Below, piece by piece: positions 46,733 to 56,139 of a stretch of DNA of 64,000 nucleotides. The DNA lies in assembly GCA_034104845.1 (NCBI GenBank), contig JAXECZ010000062.1, positions 1,303 through 65,302 of the forward strand. The letters run 5' to 3'. The DNA comes from Faecousia sp. (GTDB lineage Bacteria; Bacillota; Clostridia; Oscillospirales; Oscillospiraceae). Numbering within the stretch: position 1 is the first letter of the stretch; the number at the start of each line of letters is the position of its first letter. A program made the translations under genes and the position numbers. The notes beneath the pieces were generated by a model. It was not told the origin of the DNA, ran no database searches, and worked only from the letters and a program-made list of their open reading frames with translations.

Positions 46733-47809
46733 TTACAGGACGTGGACGTTTTCCTTCTCAAAGTCCACCCAGGCGGTATCCCCCACCTGATAGATTTTCT
46801 TATTTTTGGGATTGAAGTCCGTGATCTTCACCAGGGTATCGCCCACTGTCACATGGTAGTTCTGATAGGAGCCCATGAAGCAGGAGACGATGACCTTGCA
46901 TGGCAGCTGCCCCTTGTCCGCCAGCACGGCAGATTCCGGCCTCAGAACCAGAGTGCACTGACTCCCCTGCTCCATGGCCTGAACGCCGGTAACACTCACG
47001 GTGCTGCCCTCGATCAAGGCCTTGCCCTGGTCGCCGTTCTTTTCCATTAGCTTGCCCCGGAGGAAATTGGCCTCGCCGATGAAGTCCGCCACGAACTCAC
47101 TCGCCGGGTGATAATAGATTTCCTGGGGGCTTCCGATTTGCGCCACCACGCCCTTTTCCATGATGATGATCTGATCGGACAAAGCCATGGCCTCGGACTG
47201 GTCATGGGTAACGTAGATAGCGGTGATGCCCGCCTCCTGCTGAATCCTGCGAATCTCCGTCCGCATACTCACCCGAAGCTTGGCATCCAGATTGCTGAGG
47301 GGCTCATCGAAGAGCAGCACCCCGGGCTCCAGCACCAGGGCTCTGGCCAGGGCCACCCGCTGCTGCTGGCCGCCGGAAAGCTGATTGGTCATTCGTGCCT
47401 CCATGCCCTCCAGTCCAACCAGCTTGAGGATGTTCGTCACCTTTTCCTTGATGGTGGCCTTATCCAGCTTGCGAAGCTTCAAACCATAGGCCACATTGTC
47501 GAAGATGTTATAATGGGGCAGCAGGGCGTAACTCTGGAACACCATGGCGGTATCCCGCTTGTTGGGGGTCAGGGCGTTGATTGGCTCCCCACCCAGGTAG
47601 ATTTCGCCCTCATCCGGGCTTTCAAATCCGGCAATCATCCGCAGGGTGGTGGTTTTGCCGCAGCCGGAGGGGCCCAGCAGGGTTACAAAGGAGCCTGGTT
47701 TGATTTCCAGATTGGCATCCTTGACGGCATAGAAATCCTTGCCGGTTTTGGGGTCTTTGTAAATTTTGGAAATATGCTCCAGGCGAACGCCTTTCCTTTC
47801 TTTCGCCAT
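46733..47809 (-). CDS. ABC transporter ATP-binding protein (Fe3+/polyamine-type, FbpC/PotA-like), 358 aa
   Basis: LLGPSGCGKTTTL, LSGGQQQRVALARAL, LLFDEPLSNLD and a C-terminal TOBE-like domain. Confidence 0.9.
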   Translation of the reverse strand: MAKERKGVRLEHISKIYKDPKTGKDFYAVKDANLEIKPGSFVTLLGPSGCGKTTTLRMIAGFESPDEGEIYLGGEPINALTPNKRDTAMVFQSYALLPHYNIFDNVAYGLKLRKLDKATIKEKVTNILKLVGLEGMEARMTNQLSGGQQQRVALARALVLEPGVLLFDEPLSNLDAKLRVSMRTEIRRIQQEAGITAIYVTHDQSEAMALSDQIIIMEKGVVAQIGSPQEIYYHPASEFVADFIGEANFLRGKLMEKNGDQGKALIEGSTVSVTGVQAMEQGSQCTLVLRPESAVLADKGQLPCKVIVSCFMGSYQNYHVTVGDTLVKITDFNPKNKKIYQVGDTAWVDFEKENVHVL

Positions 47810-47810
47810 A

Positions 47811-49526
47811 TCAGTTTTCCTCCTTGATCTTCCGGCTGGTACCGAAAAACTTGATAAAGAGATTCATCAGCAGAACACTGCCATAGGTAATCGCAATCAG
47901 GATGGTGGCAAAGGCACAGGCCACGCCATAGGCGCCTTTCTCCGCAAACTCATTGATCTGCACGGTGATGAGCAGAAATTCCGGCGTCACCAGCAGGATG
48001 ATGGCGGAAATGGCCGTGATGCTGCGAACAAATGCAGTGACCAGACCGCTGAGGAAGGAATCCTTGATCAGCGGCAGGGTGACCGTCATGAACACCTTGA
48101 AGCTGCCAGCACCCATGTCGTAGGCGGACTCCTCGATGCTCTTGTCGATTTGCCGCAGGGCGGAAATACCGCTTCTTGTTCCGGTGGGCAGACTGCGGAT
48201 GACAAACACGATAATCAGGATTGCCGCACTGCCATAGAGCCCGGCCAGGAGGCCGGTGCCAAACACGCCCTTGACAAAGCCGCGGATATAGCCGATGCCC
48301 AAAACAGTGCCGGGAACCGCCATGGCCAGCATGGAAACAAACTCAATAAAGCCCTTTGCCTTGAAATCCCGCTTGACCACGAGATAGGAGATGATCATAC
48401 TGAGCAGCGCCGTGATGGGGGCAGCCGCCAGCGACAGGAGGAAGGAGTCCTTAAACGCCTTCAGGCCCTTATACTTTTTAAAGACCTGCACAAACCATTT
48501 GGTAGTCAGGTGGAAATCATATCCCCAGGTTTTAAACAATGCGCCAAAGGGAACGCAGATGTACATCATAATAACGAACAGGGCAATCATGGAGCACAGC
48601 ACCGTCAGCGGCAGGGTGACGGACCGGTCCTCAATGAGCATTCTGGCCCGGGAAGCCTTGCCGGTGAGGGTGGCTGCGGTTTTCTTTTCCAGCACATATT
48701 TCTGCACCAGATACATCAGCAGCGTGATGGACAGCAGCACCACAGCCATGGCTGCAGCCCCCTGCTTGTCATAAGCACCGGTGATTTGCAGATAAATGGT
48801 GGTAGCCAAGGTGTCATAGGAGCCGCCAATGATCATGGGGTTGGCGAAATCGGCGATGGACTCAATGAAGGTGACCAAAAATGCGTTGCCCAGCCCCGGC
48901 AAAATCAGCGGCAGAGTGACGCTGGTGAACACCTTGAATCGGGACGCGCCCATATCCCGGGCGGCCTCCTCCAAACTGGGATCGATGTTTTTCAGCAGAC
49001 CTTTGAGCATCATGTAGCACACCGGGAAAAAGGTCAGGGTCTGCACCACAGTGATGCCGCCGAAGCCATAGACGCTGTTGTCATAGATGTGCAGCAGGAA
49101 CCGGGTGATGATGCCCGCCTTGCCGAAGAGCATAATCATACTTAAGGAAAGCACAAAGGGAGGCGAAACCACCGGCAGCATGGAAACCACCTGGAAGAGT
49201 CCGCCCATGAATTTGGTGCGAACCTTGACGTAAACCTCCACATAGGCAAAGAGCAGACCAATCACGGTGGACAGGATTCCCACTGTCAAGCCCACTTTCA
49301 GGGTATTGGAGATGGCACTGCGGAAGTTTTTCATGGCAAAAATACGCTGAAAAACCGACAGGGTCAGACCGGTTTCCTTACCGTAGATGCTATCCACCAG
49401 CAAGATTGCCAGCGGATAGAGAATGAACAGAGTCAGAAATGCGATGAGAACCACAATGGTGGTGACCATGACAGGGTCACCCAGCAGCTTTTTTCGATCC
49501 AAAGCTGCTCCCTGGCGGCTGGCCAT
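47811..49526 (-). CDS. Two-domain ABC transporter permease (FbpB-like), 571 aa
   Basis: It is multi-TM, with two EAA-type loops: LEEAARDMGASRFKVFTSVTLPL and IEESAYDMGAGSFKVFMTVTLPL. Confidence 0.9.
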   Translation of the reverse strand: MASRQGAALDRKKLLGDPVMVTTIVVLIAFLTLFILYPLAILLVDSIYGKETGLTLSVFQRIFAMKNFRSAISNTLKVGLTVGILSTVIGLLFAYVEVYVKVRTKFMGGLFQVVSMLPVVSPPFVLSLSMIMLFGKAGIITRFLLHIYDNSVYGFGGITVVQTLTFFPVCYMMLKGLLKNIDPSLEEAARDMGASRFKVFTSVTLPLILPGLGNAFLVTFIESIADFANPMIIGGSYDTLATTIYLQITGAYDKQGAAAMAVVLLSITLLMYLVQKYVLEKKTAATLTGKASRARMLIEDRSVTLPLTVLCSMIALFVIMMYICVPFGALFKTWGYDFHLTTKWFVQVFKKYKGLKAFKDSFLLSLAAAPITALLSMIISYLVVKRDFKAKGFIEFVSMLAMAVPGTVLGIGYIRGFVKGVFGTGLLAGLYGSAAILIIVFVIRSLPTGTRSGISALRQIDKSIEESAYDMGAGSFKVFMTVTLPLIKDSFLSGLVTAFVRSITAISAIILLVTPEFLLITVQINEFAEKGAYGVACAFATILIAITYGSVLLMNLFIKFFGTSRKIKEEN

Positions 49527-49619
49527 GGGCAGATTCCTCCTTTCAGAGTGTGGATTATCCAGAAAGGAAAAGGGATGGAGACTGACTCCATCCCCTTTCA
49601 GGTATTCTTTTTAAAACGC

Positions 49620-50699
49620 TTACTCGGTCTTGAACCGGTCGTCGCCGCCACCCAGGGCATCCATCACTTCGGCGATGTAGGTCTTGATGTTAGCCTTGGC
49701 ATCCTCGAAATCATAATCCATGACGTTCTCAGGATTCAGGCCGAACTCCTCAGCCACCTCGGGCTGCTTGGCGTTGTCGATGACCAGGAACTGATAAGAG
49801 CCATTCTCCTGGGCCAGCTCCACGCATTCGGGGCTCAGGGCATACTCGATCCACAGCTTTGCAGCGTTGGGATGGGCGGCACCCTTGAAGATGGCGGTAG
49901 CACCGATCTCGAAAGAGGTGCCGGTGGAGGGAATGACCAGCTGGATGTTGCCATAGCCATTGTCCACGATCTGCGTGATGCCGTCGTGCAGGAAGCCAAT
50001 GCCAATGACGCACTCACCGGTGCCCACGTTCTTGGAGGGGCCGGAGCCGGACTTGGTGTAGACATGGATGTTCTTATCCAGGTCAGCCAGATACTGAATA
50101 CCCTCGTCGTGGCCGTATTTCTGAATCATGGTGTTGATGACCAGCTTGGCGGTGCCGGCGGTATTGTAGTTGGACAGCCAAATCAGGTCCTTATATTCCT
50201 CTTTCAGGAGGTCAGCCCAATCCTGGGGAGCCTCCAGGCCCATGCGGTTCAGCTCGTCAATGTTGACGATGAAGCCCAAGATGCCCTTGTAGATGCCGTA
50301 CCACTGGCCGTCGGCATCCTTGTAGGCGTCGCCCAGCAGGTGGGAAGCATTCTGAGCCTCATAGGGCTCCAGCAGGCCTTCCGCCGCGCAGACGTTGTAG
50401 GGGTCGGTGGTGCCGCCAAACCAGACATCGGCAGAGGGAGTTCCGTTCTCTTCTTCGATTTTGCTCTGAACCTCGCCAGTGGACAGGCGCTGATACTTCA
50501 CTTTGATGCCGTACAGCTCCTCAAAATGCTCACAGGCAGCAGCCAGGTATTCCTCTTCGCAGGAACCGTAGACAATCAGCTCGCCCTCTGCCTTGGCAGC
50601 GGCAATCAGATCGTCCATGCTCTCAGCCTGCACACCGCGAACGGCAAACAAGCCAAAAACCATTACCAGGGAAAGCGCAATTGCTAAGATTTTCTTCAT
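49620..50699 (-). CDS. ABC transporter extracellular solute-binding protein (iron-type family), 359 aa
   Basis: The ATG at 50699 (MKKILAIALSLVMVFGLFAVRGVQA signal peptide) has a GGAGGTTGG RBS. It is the first gene of the transporter operon. Confidence 0.85.
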   Translation of the reverse strand: MKKILAIALSLVMVFGLFAVRGVQAESMDDLIAAAKAEGELIVYGSCEEEYLAAACEHFEELYGIKVKYQRLSTGEVQSKIEEENGTPSADVWFGGTTDPYNVCAAEGLLEPYEAQNASHLLGDAYKDADGQWYGIYKGILGFIVNIDELNRMGLEAPQDWADLLKEEYKDLIWLSNYNTAGTAKLVINTMIQKYGHDEGIQYLADLDKNIHVYTKSGSGPSKNVGTGECVIGIGFLHDGITQIVDNGYGNIQLVIPSTGTSFEIGATAIFKGAAHPNAAKLWIEYALSPECVELAQENGSYQFLVIDNAKQPEVAEEFGLNPENVMDYDFEDAKANIKTYIAEVMDALGGGDDRFKTE

Positions 50700-50714
50700 A
50701 ATTCCAACCTCCAT

Positions 50715-50763
50715 TGGTAAATATTTACAATCTGATTATATATCTTCACCAATGTTTTGTCAA
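50715..50763 (-). promoter_or_regulatory. Consensus promoter TTGACA-N17-TATAAT plus a 16-bp near-palindrome (TTGTAAATATTTACCA), a candidate operator
   Basis: On the minus strand, TTGACA (50758-50763), a 17-nt spacer and TATAAT (50735-50740). The palindrome lies at 50715-50730, between the -10 and the RBS. Confidence 0.6.
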
Positions 50764-50831
50764 TCATGCTTTTTATAAATATGCGTTTTGACGGTAAAAA
50801 AAGCAGGAATATGGGGGTATGTGCCTGCCAA

Positions 50832-51110
50832 TCATCTGCTCCGATAATCCTCGATCAAAAGCGTCAGGTGGGCCACCACATTTTGCGGCAGTCCCTCCAC
50901 GTTCAGCCGGGGCACATCCTCCAGCCCCAGCAGGTAGTCCGTGGTCACGCCGAAGATTTGCGACAGCCTCACCAGCATTTCAATGGAGGGCTGAATGTTG
51001 TCGTTTTCCCAGTTGGAGACGGTTTGCTTGGAAACGCGCAGTCTCCTTGACAGCTCCACCTGGCTCCACCCCAAATGTGCCCGCAATTCACAAATTCGTT
51101 GACCCAGCAT
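50832..51110 (-). CDS. XRE-family HTH transcriptional regulator (92 aa)
   Basis: LGQRICELRAHLGWSQVELSRRLRVSKQTVSNWENDNIQPSIEMLVRLSQIFGVTTDYLLG. Confidence 0.8.
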   Translation of the reverse strand: MLGQRICELRAHLGWSQVELSRRLRVSKQTVSNWENDNIQPSIEMLVRLSQIFGVTTDYLLGLEDVPRLNVEGLPQNVVAHLTLLIEDYRSR

Positions 51111-51143
51111 ATTTTCCTCCTGAATTCAAAGATAATAATACTA

Positions 51144-51186
51144 TTGTCAACATATTCTTGACAAATTAGAAATACTATGGTATTTT
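51144..51186 (+). promoter_or_regulatory. Inverted repeat TTGTCAA-N7-TTGACAA overlapping a TTGACA-N17-(TGg)TATTTT promoter
   Basis: Read directly: ttgtcaacatattcttgacaa. The -35 TTGACA is at 51158-51163 and the extended -10 is at 51178-51186. It sits in the divergent intergenic region. Confidence 0.5.
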
Positions 51187-51259
51187 AATATTGGACGGAA
51201 GCGGAATACTTTGAAAAAACAACCGCAACATTCTCTTTCCATTTTAAAGGAGACAGCTC

Positions 51260-51451
51260 ATGGAAGAAAATGCTTTTACATTAAAATGCGACGCTCACGC
51301 CATCAAGGTTAACTATGACAGCCTTGACAAAATATCCCTTATTAAGGTCTATCCTCAAGCCAACTCTGAGATCAAGATAACCCTGGGAAAGCATCGAATA
51401 ACCGTAAACGGTGATGCATTGCAAAAGCAGCACAGGCAGAAGCAGAAATAA
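51260..51451 (+). CDS. Small hypothetical protein (63 aa), divergent from the XRE gene
   Basis: A strong RBS AAAGGAGA lies 6 nt before the ATG. No family was recognised. Confidence 0.45.
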   Translation: MEENAFTLKCDAHAIKVNYDSLDKISLIKVYPQANSEIKITLGKHRITVNGDALQKQHRQKQK

Positions 51452-51634
51452 TCTGCAACATATTTTGCCGTCATTGGCTTCAAAAATGTGCAGGATATGC
51501 ATAATTCCCTCTTGCAGGATGCGGAATCTGTAGATACTCACCATTGCTTTTTTGGGCATTTCGGAGTAATATATTGATATTATGCAAGATAGCGAAGAGA
51601 GACTTGCAAATCAATTGATCAATCGGAGGTAGCT

Positions 51635-52942
51635 ATGAAACCTTATTCCGAACTGACCCGCCAGGAGCTGCTGGACCTAAAGGCTTCACTAAAAGCAGAA
51701 TACGACGAGTACCAGAACCGCAAGCTGACCTTAAACATGGCCCGGGGCAAGCCGGGGCAGGAACAGCTGAACCTGTCCATGGGCATGATGGATGTGCTGA
51801 ACAGCGAAAGCGACCTGACCTGTGAGGACGGCACCGACTGCCGGAACTACGGTGTGCTGGACGGCATTGAGGAATGCAAGGAGCTCATGGCCGACATGAT
51901 GGAGGTTCGGCCCGATCAGATCATCATCTACGGCAACTCCAGCCTGAACGTGATGTTCGACACAGTGGCCCGTTCCATGATTCAAGGCGTCATGGGCAGC
52001 ACCCCCTGGTGCAAGCTGGAAAAGGTGAAGTTTCTCTGCCCGGTGCCCGGCTACGACCGGCATTTCGCCATCACCCAGTATTTTGGAATTGAAATGATCA
52101 ACATCCCCATGCTGCCCACCGGCCCGGATATGGACATGGTGGAGGAGCTGGTTTCCAGCGACCCGGCCATTAAGGGCATCTGGTGTGTGCCCAAGTACAG
52201 TAACCCCCAGGGCATCTCCTACTCCGACGAGACCGTCCGCCGCTTCGCCAGGCTGAAGCCCGCCGCCACGGATTTCCGGATCTACTGGGACAACGCCTAC
52301 ACCATTCACCACCTGTACGACCACGACCAGGACCACCTGATTGAGATTCTGGCCGAGTGCAAGCGGGCAGGCAATCCCGACCTGGCCTACAAGTTCGCCT
52401 CCACCTCCAAGATCAGCTTCCCCGGTTCCGGCATTTCCGCCATGGCCGCCTCCGAGAATAATCTGGTGGACATCCGGGCACAGATGAAGGTACAGACCAT
52501 CGGCCACGACAAGGTGAACCAGCTGCGGCATGTGCGCTTTTTCAAGGACATTCACGGCATGGTGGAGCATATGCGCCTCCACGCCAATATTCTGCGGCCC
52601 AAGTTTGAGATCGTCCGCAACACCCTGGAAGCTGAGCTGGGCGGCCTGGGCATCGGCACCTGGACCAACCCCAAGGGCGGTTACTTTGTCTCCTTTGATT
52701 CCCTGGACGGCTGCGCTAAGGAGATCGTTTCCAAATGCAAAAAGGTGGGACTGATTCTCACCGGCGCCGGGGCCACTTTCCCCTACGGCAAGGATCCCCA
52801 CGACAGCAACATCCGAATCGCCCCCTCCTTCCCCGCCAATTCCGATTTGGAGCTGGCCATGAAAGTCTTCACCTGCGTGGTGAAGCTGGTGAGTGTCAAG
52901 AAGTATTTGGCCATACTGGATGCCGAAGCAAAGGCGCAGTAA
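51635..52942 (+). CDS. PLP-dependent aminotransferase (class I/II fold), 435 aa
   Basis: ..NMARGKPGQEQL.., FASTSKISFPGSGISAM (the PLP-lysine context) and ..IRIAPSFP.. Confidence 0.8.
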   Translation: MKPYSELTRQELLDLKASLKAEYDEYQNRKLTLNMARGKPGQEQLNLSMGMMDVLNSESDLTCEDGTDCRNYGVLDGIEECKELMADMMEVRPDQIIIYGNSSLNVMFDTVARSMIQGVMGSTPWCKLEKVKFLCPVPGYDRHFAITQYFGIEMINIPMLPTGPDMDMVEELVSSDPAIKGIWCVPKYSNPQGISYSDETVRRFARLKPAATDFRIYWDNAYTIHHLYDHDQDHLIEILAECKRAGNPDLAYKFASTSKISFPGSGISAMAASENNLVDIRAQMKVQTIGHDKVNQLRHVRFFKDIHGMVEHMRLHANILRPKFEIVRNTLEAELGGLGIGTWTNPKGGYFVSFDSLDGCAKEIVSKCKKVGLILTGAGATFPYGKDPHDSNIRIAPSFPANSDLELAMKVFTCVVKLVSVKKYLAILDAEAKAQ

Positions 52943-52950
52943 TAAATGTT

Positions 52951-52986
52951 TCTCCCACCCAAAAACATGGGTGGGAGATTTTTTTA
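52951..52986 (+). terminator. Rho-independent terminator
   Basis: TCTCCCACCC-aaaaacat-GGGTGGGAGA followed by TTTTTTT. Confidence 0.85.
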
Positions 52987-53125
52987 CCGTGAAAACCGGT
53001 TCATCGTGTGCATCCGAGCGTACCTCAGAAAAAAACGATGAAGAATAACAAGTTCTTTCCCATCTTTCGGAAGAAAAAGGAGCGGATTGCTCCGCCCCTT
53101 GGTGTATGTTGTTTGCTGCCGAGAA

Positions 53126-53587
53126 TCAGCCGTTCTGGTTGAAGTCGGCGCAGAGTAAGTTCATGGCATGGAACAGCTTGTACATGTAAACCAGAGGCCC
53201 AACCAAAATGAGGGAGCCCAGGATAGCCCAGCCCCAGTAGGAACCGGCTCCAAAGCTGTAGGCAATCCGACGGCGCATCAGCTCGTTGCCAATGCGGGCA
53301 CTCAGCTTGTGAAACCAAACCAGGGGCACAATGCCGAAAGTCAGCCAGGAAAAAATGAAGAAAACCAGGCAGTAGTGCATTGTTCTTCTACCATCGTAGC
53401 GGCTAGCAATCAGGTTGATATCCGTGCTGATACCGGACATAACAAAAATGGGATAGATGCCAAAGGTGATGATGCTCAACAGAATGGTCTTCAGAAGTCC
53501 GCGATTGGTTTTCAGACTAGCTACAGGAGTGTTGCGGTAACCATAGTCACCATTGACATTCACGTTAACATTTACATTACCCTCCAT
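53126..53587 (-). CDS. DUF4234-like membrane protein (153 aa)
   Basis: LLKTILLSIITFGIYPIFVMSGISTDIN..., several TM segments and an N-terminal NVNVNVNVN repeat. Confidence 0.65.
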   Translation of the reverse strand: MEGNVNVNVNVNGDYGYRNTPVASLKTNRGLLKTILLSIITFGIYPIFVMSGISTDINLIASRYDGRRTMHYCLVFFIFSWLTFGIVPLVWFHKLSARIGNELMRRRIAYSFGAGSYWGWAILGSLILVGPLVYMYKLFHAMNLLCADFNQNG

Positions 53588-53795
53588 AGGGATACCCCTT
53601 TCTTTGCAGACAACCGCCTACGAATTGATGCCACAGCAAACCACCGCAGCGCAGGTATTATAAGGCATATTTAACGGTATGTCAACAATTCTCTTCATAG
53701 TTCCTTCATAATTTCTTCATTTTTTGGATACATCAATCACGATTTACCCGACAAAAAGGAAGCGACATTTCGCCGCTTCCTTTTTCTGTATTCGC

Positions 53796-54125
53796 TTAGT
53801 CCAGAATCTCCATCAGTCTGCCGCAGCAGAAAGGAATGGGTTCACCGGCCTTGACGTGCAGCGTCTTGTTGCAGGTGACGCAATAAACATCCGTGTCATA
53901 AGGAGCCCGGATTACAGGAACCTCCTTAGCCTCCTGCTCGGACAGACCGTCGATATGGAACACGGCGGTCTTGTTCTCGCTGGGGATATAGACACCGATG
54001 GGAGACAGTGTCTTGCTACCGCCGACACAGTTGCCCATCTTGATCCAAAGGGCTTCCAGTTCAGCAGCTTCCGCAGCATGCTCAGGAGTAAACTCCACCA
54101 CATCTTTGTTGATCCGAATCTTCAT
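53796..54125 (-). CDS. Hypothetical protein (109 aa), last gene after rubredoxin
   Basis: It starts 5 nt after the rubredoxin stop. C-terminal Cys motifs are CVTCNKTLHV...FCCG. No family was recognised. Confidence 0.5.
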   Translation of the reverse strand: MKIRINKDVVEFTPEHAAEAAELEALWIKMGNCVGGSKTLSPIGVYIPSENKTAVFHIDGLSEQEAKEVPVIRAPYDTDVYCVTCNKTLHVKAGEPIPFCCGRLMEILD

Positions 54126-54130
54126 AGCGA

Positions 54131-54265
54131 TTACTCCTCAGGGCTGAAATCATCCTTGCCCACGCCGCACAGCTCGCAGGCGAAATCCTCGGGCAGGTCT
54201 TCCCACTTCACACCGGTCTCTTCCTCGTCATAGACCCAGCCGCACACATTACAAACGTACTTCAT
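54131..54265 (-). CDS. Rubredoxin (44 aa; below the ORF-track size cutoff)
   Basis: Hand translation gives [44 protein letters not shown]. It has two CxxCG knuckles and a GGGAGGAAAAAT RBS. Coordinates are +/-1 nt. Confidence 0.85.
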   Translation of the reverse strand: MKYVCNVCGWVYDEEETGVKWEDLPEDFACELCGVGKDDFSPEE

Positions 54266-54351
54266 ATTTTTCCTCCCTTGTTTTTCTCAGGGGGACATAA
54301 GCCCCCCCAAGTATCAAAAAAGCCTATCTGTAAGGCAACCTGCAGGCAGGC

Positions 54352-54822
54352 TTAAACCTTGGGCCGAATTGCCTTGTGGTAGTAAGCGTAGGTGCAGGGT
54401 GTTCCCTTGCCCAGAACCTTGGACTCGGTAACCTCGCCGATGAAGAGCATATGGCTGCCCAGGTCGAACTTCTCCCTGACCTCGCAGGAAAACATGGCGT
54501 TGACATTCTCCGTCAGGTAGATAAGCCCATTGCGGCTGCGCTCCACTGCCTTGAAATCAGCGAACTTGTCCACATCCCGTCCGGACTGCATACCGAAATG
54601 CCGGATGGTTTCAAAGGGAACGCTCTCGGTCAGTACATTGACGTTGAACTTGCCGCTTTTTTCAATCAGCTCCTTATTCAGGTTGCCGGTCTGCACAGAA
54701 ATGGCGATCCGCGTGGGATTGGCTCCGACCTGGAAAGCGGTGTTGGCAATGTGGCCATTATCTTTGTCTGACTCCCTGGCGGTAATCACAAACAGACCAT
54801 AGGTCAGATTGCGAAGCGCCAT
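54352..54822 (-). CDS. Flavin reductase-family protein (156 aa)
   Basis: MALRNLTYGLFVITARESDKDNGHIANTAFQV... is typical of the flavin reductase-like FMN-binding domain. Confidence 0.8.
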   Translation of the reverse strand: MALRNLTYGLFVITARESDKDNGHIANTAFQVGANPTRIAISVQTGNLNKELIEKSGKFNVNVLTESVPFETIRHFGMQSGRDVDKFADFKAVERSRNGLIYLTENVNAMFSCEVREKFDLGSHMLFIGEVTESKVLGKGTPCTYAYYHKAIRPKV

Positions 54823-54847
54823 GGGGTCCTCCGCAGGTTTCTCTCGC

Positions 54848-55438
54848 TTAGCGAAAGTAGCGCTCCAGCAGGCCCTTCAGAGCCTTACCGTGACGGGCTT
54901 CGTCACGGGCCATCTCGTGGACGGTGTCGTGGATGGCGTCCAGACCGTTGGCCTTGGCAACCTTGGCCAGGTCAAACTTACCGGCGGTGGCACCGAACTC
55001 GCAGTCCACACGCCATGCCAGGTTGTCCTTGGTGGTGGCCTTCATGTTGGGCTCCAGATCCTCGCCCAGCAGCTCCGCGAACTTGGCGGCATGCTCTGCC
55101 TCCTCGTAGGCGGCCTTTTCCCAGTACAGGCCGATCTCGGGATAGCCCTCACGGTGGGCGATCCGGGCCATGCACAGGTACATACCGACTTCGCTGCACT
55201 CGCCGTTGAAGTTGGCCATCAGCTGCTCGAAGATGAACTTCTTGTCCTCCTCGGAGATGTCAGGGTTGTTCTTCACGGTCTTGGCGTAGATGCCGTACTC
55301 ATGCTCGGCAGCCAGCTTGCCCTCTTCCATCACCTTGAATTTGGAGCCATCCACCTTGCAGACGGGGCACTTAAAATCGGCGGGCATTTCCTCGGCTTCG
55401 TAGACGTAGCCGCAGACGGGGCAGACAAACTTTTTCAT
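54848..55438 (-). CDS. rbr: Reverse rubrerythrin: N-terminal rubredoxin-like domain plus a ferritin-like diiron domain (196 aa)
   Basis: [29 protein letters not shown], then the diiron motifs [13 protein letters not shown] and [11 protein letters not shown]. The track ORF extends to 55459. Confidence 0.9.
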   Translation of the reverse strand: MKKFVCPVCGYVYEAEEMPADFKCPVCKVDGSKFKVMEEGKLAAEHEYGIYAKTVKNNPDISEEDKKFIFEQLMANFNGECSEVGMYLCMARIAHREGYPEIGLYWEKAAYEEAEHAAKFAELLGEDLEPNMKATTKDNLAWRVDCEFGATAGKFDLAKVAKANGLDAIHDTVHEMARDEARHGKALKGLLERYFR

Positions 55439-55455
55439 AAATAATTCCTCCTGAT

Positions 55456-55854
55456 TCATTTTTTAATTTGGTTGCAGGTTTTGCAGATGCCGGTCAGAAC
55501 CAGCCTGGTACCATCCACCCGACACCCCAGGAACTGGGCCGCCGCGTGGGATACGCTTTGGGGAACCTCCACCTCTGGAACATCCATCACAGCACCGCAG
55601 GAGCTGCATATGAAATGCACATGGGGATCCACCCTGCCGTCCAGCCGTTCCACACCGTTTACAGAGCCAAGGCTGACGATCAGCCCTTCCTCTTTAAACA
55701 GCTTCAGGTTTCGGTAGACAGAAGCAAGAGAGATATCCGAATGCTCCTTTTGGAGGCTGCGGTAGAGCTCCTCTGGGGAGGGATGGGCCTCAGACTGGCG
55801 AAGACAGGCAAGTATCGCATTGCGCTTGCGAAAGTGCTTACCAGTGTTTTCCAT
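55456..55854 (-). CDS. perR: Fur-family peroxide-responsive repressor (PerR-like), 132 aa
   Basis: The winged helix is ..[18 protein letters not shown].., with [12 protein letters not shown] and CKTC. Its stop overlaps the rubrerythrin start (ATGA). Confidence 0.85.
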   Translation of the reverse strand: MENTGKHFRKRNAILACLRQSEAHPSPEELYRSLQKEHSDISLASVYRNLKLFKEEGLIVSLGSVNGVERLDGRVDPHVHFICSSCGAVMDVPEVEVPQSVSHAAAQFLGCRVDGTRLVLTGICKTCNQIKK

Positions 55855-55865
55855 CGGGGTCCTCC

Positions 55866-55924
55866 TAAATAAGAATAATTCTTATTTATGTCAAAAGTAT
55901 AGCACAGGCTCTCCAATTCGTCAA
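55866..55924 (-). promoter_or_regulatory. perR promoter TTGACG-N17-(TGc)TATACT with a perfect 11-1-11 palindrome (Fur/PerR-box-like)
   Basis: TAAATAAGAAT-A-ATTCTTATTTA lies at 55866-55888, between the -10 (55896-55901) and the GGAGG RBS. The -35 is at 55919-55924. Confidence 0.65.
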
Positions 55925-56017
55925 GCACAATCTTATCTCTTCATTGTGAAATATTTATGAAGAAACGTCCCATTCAGCTGCAGAGGATCCTCCCTCTTCT
56001 AAACGGAACCTGGCTGA

Positions 56018-56113
56018 TCATGTCGTTTCTCCCAGCATGGGCCGGGCGATTTTTTCATTAAAAAACGCGATCAACGGGCCCATAAAAAAGGCCGTACCAT
56101 CCAGTATTTTCAT
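56018..56113 (-). CDS. Possible 31-aa hydrophobic micro-ORF after the PHP gene
   Basis: MKILDGTAFFMGPLIAFFNEKIARPMLGETT*. A GAGGAAG RBS lies 7 nt upstream. There is no other support. Confidence 0.25.
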   Translation of the reverse strand: MKILDGTAFFMGPLIAFFNEKIARPMLGETT

Positions 56114-56139
56114 AAGGCTCTTCCTCGTTTTTATGCCGC

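Noticed and set aside
51281-51559. A 92-aa minus-strand ORF overlapping the 63-aa plus-strand ORF
   Set aside because: It has no RBS, an odd composition, and it overlaps the better-supported plus-strand ORF and its downstream spacer.
54055-55505. An apparent 1-nt disagreement between my hand count of the printed sequence and the ORF-track frames, near 54060 and 55500
   Set aside because: This is most likely my own character-counting error at line boundaries and not a real frameshift, because the track proteins are intact and family-typical. Hand-derived coordinates in this region (the rubredoxin and the PerR box) should be taken as +/-1 nt.
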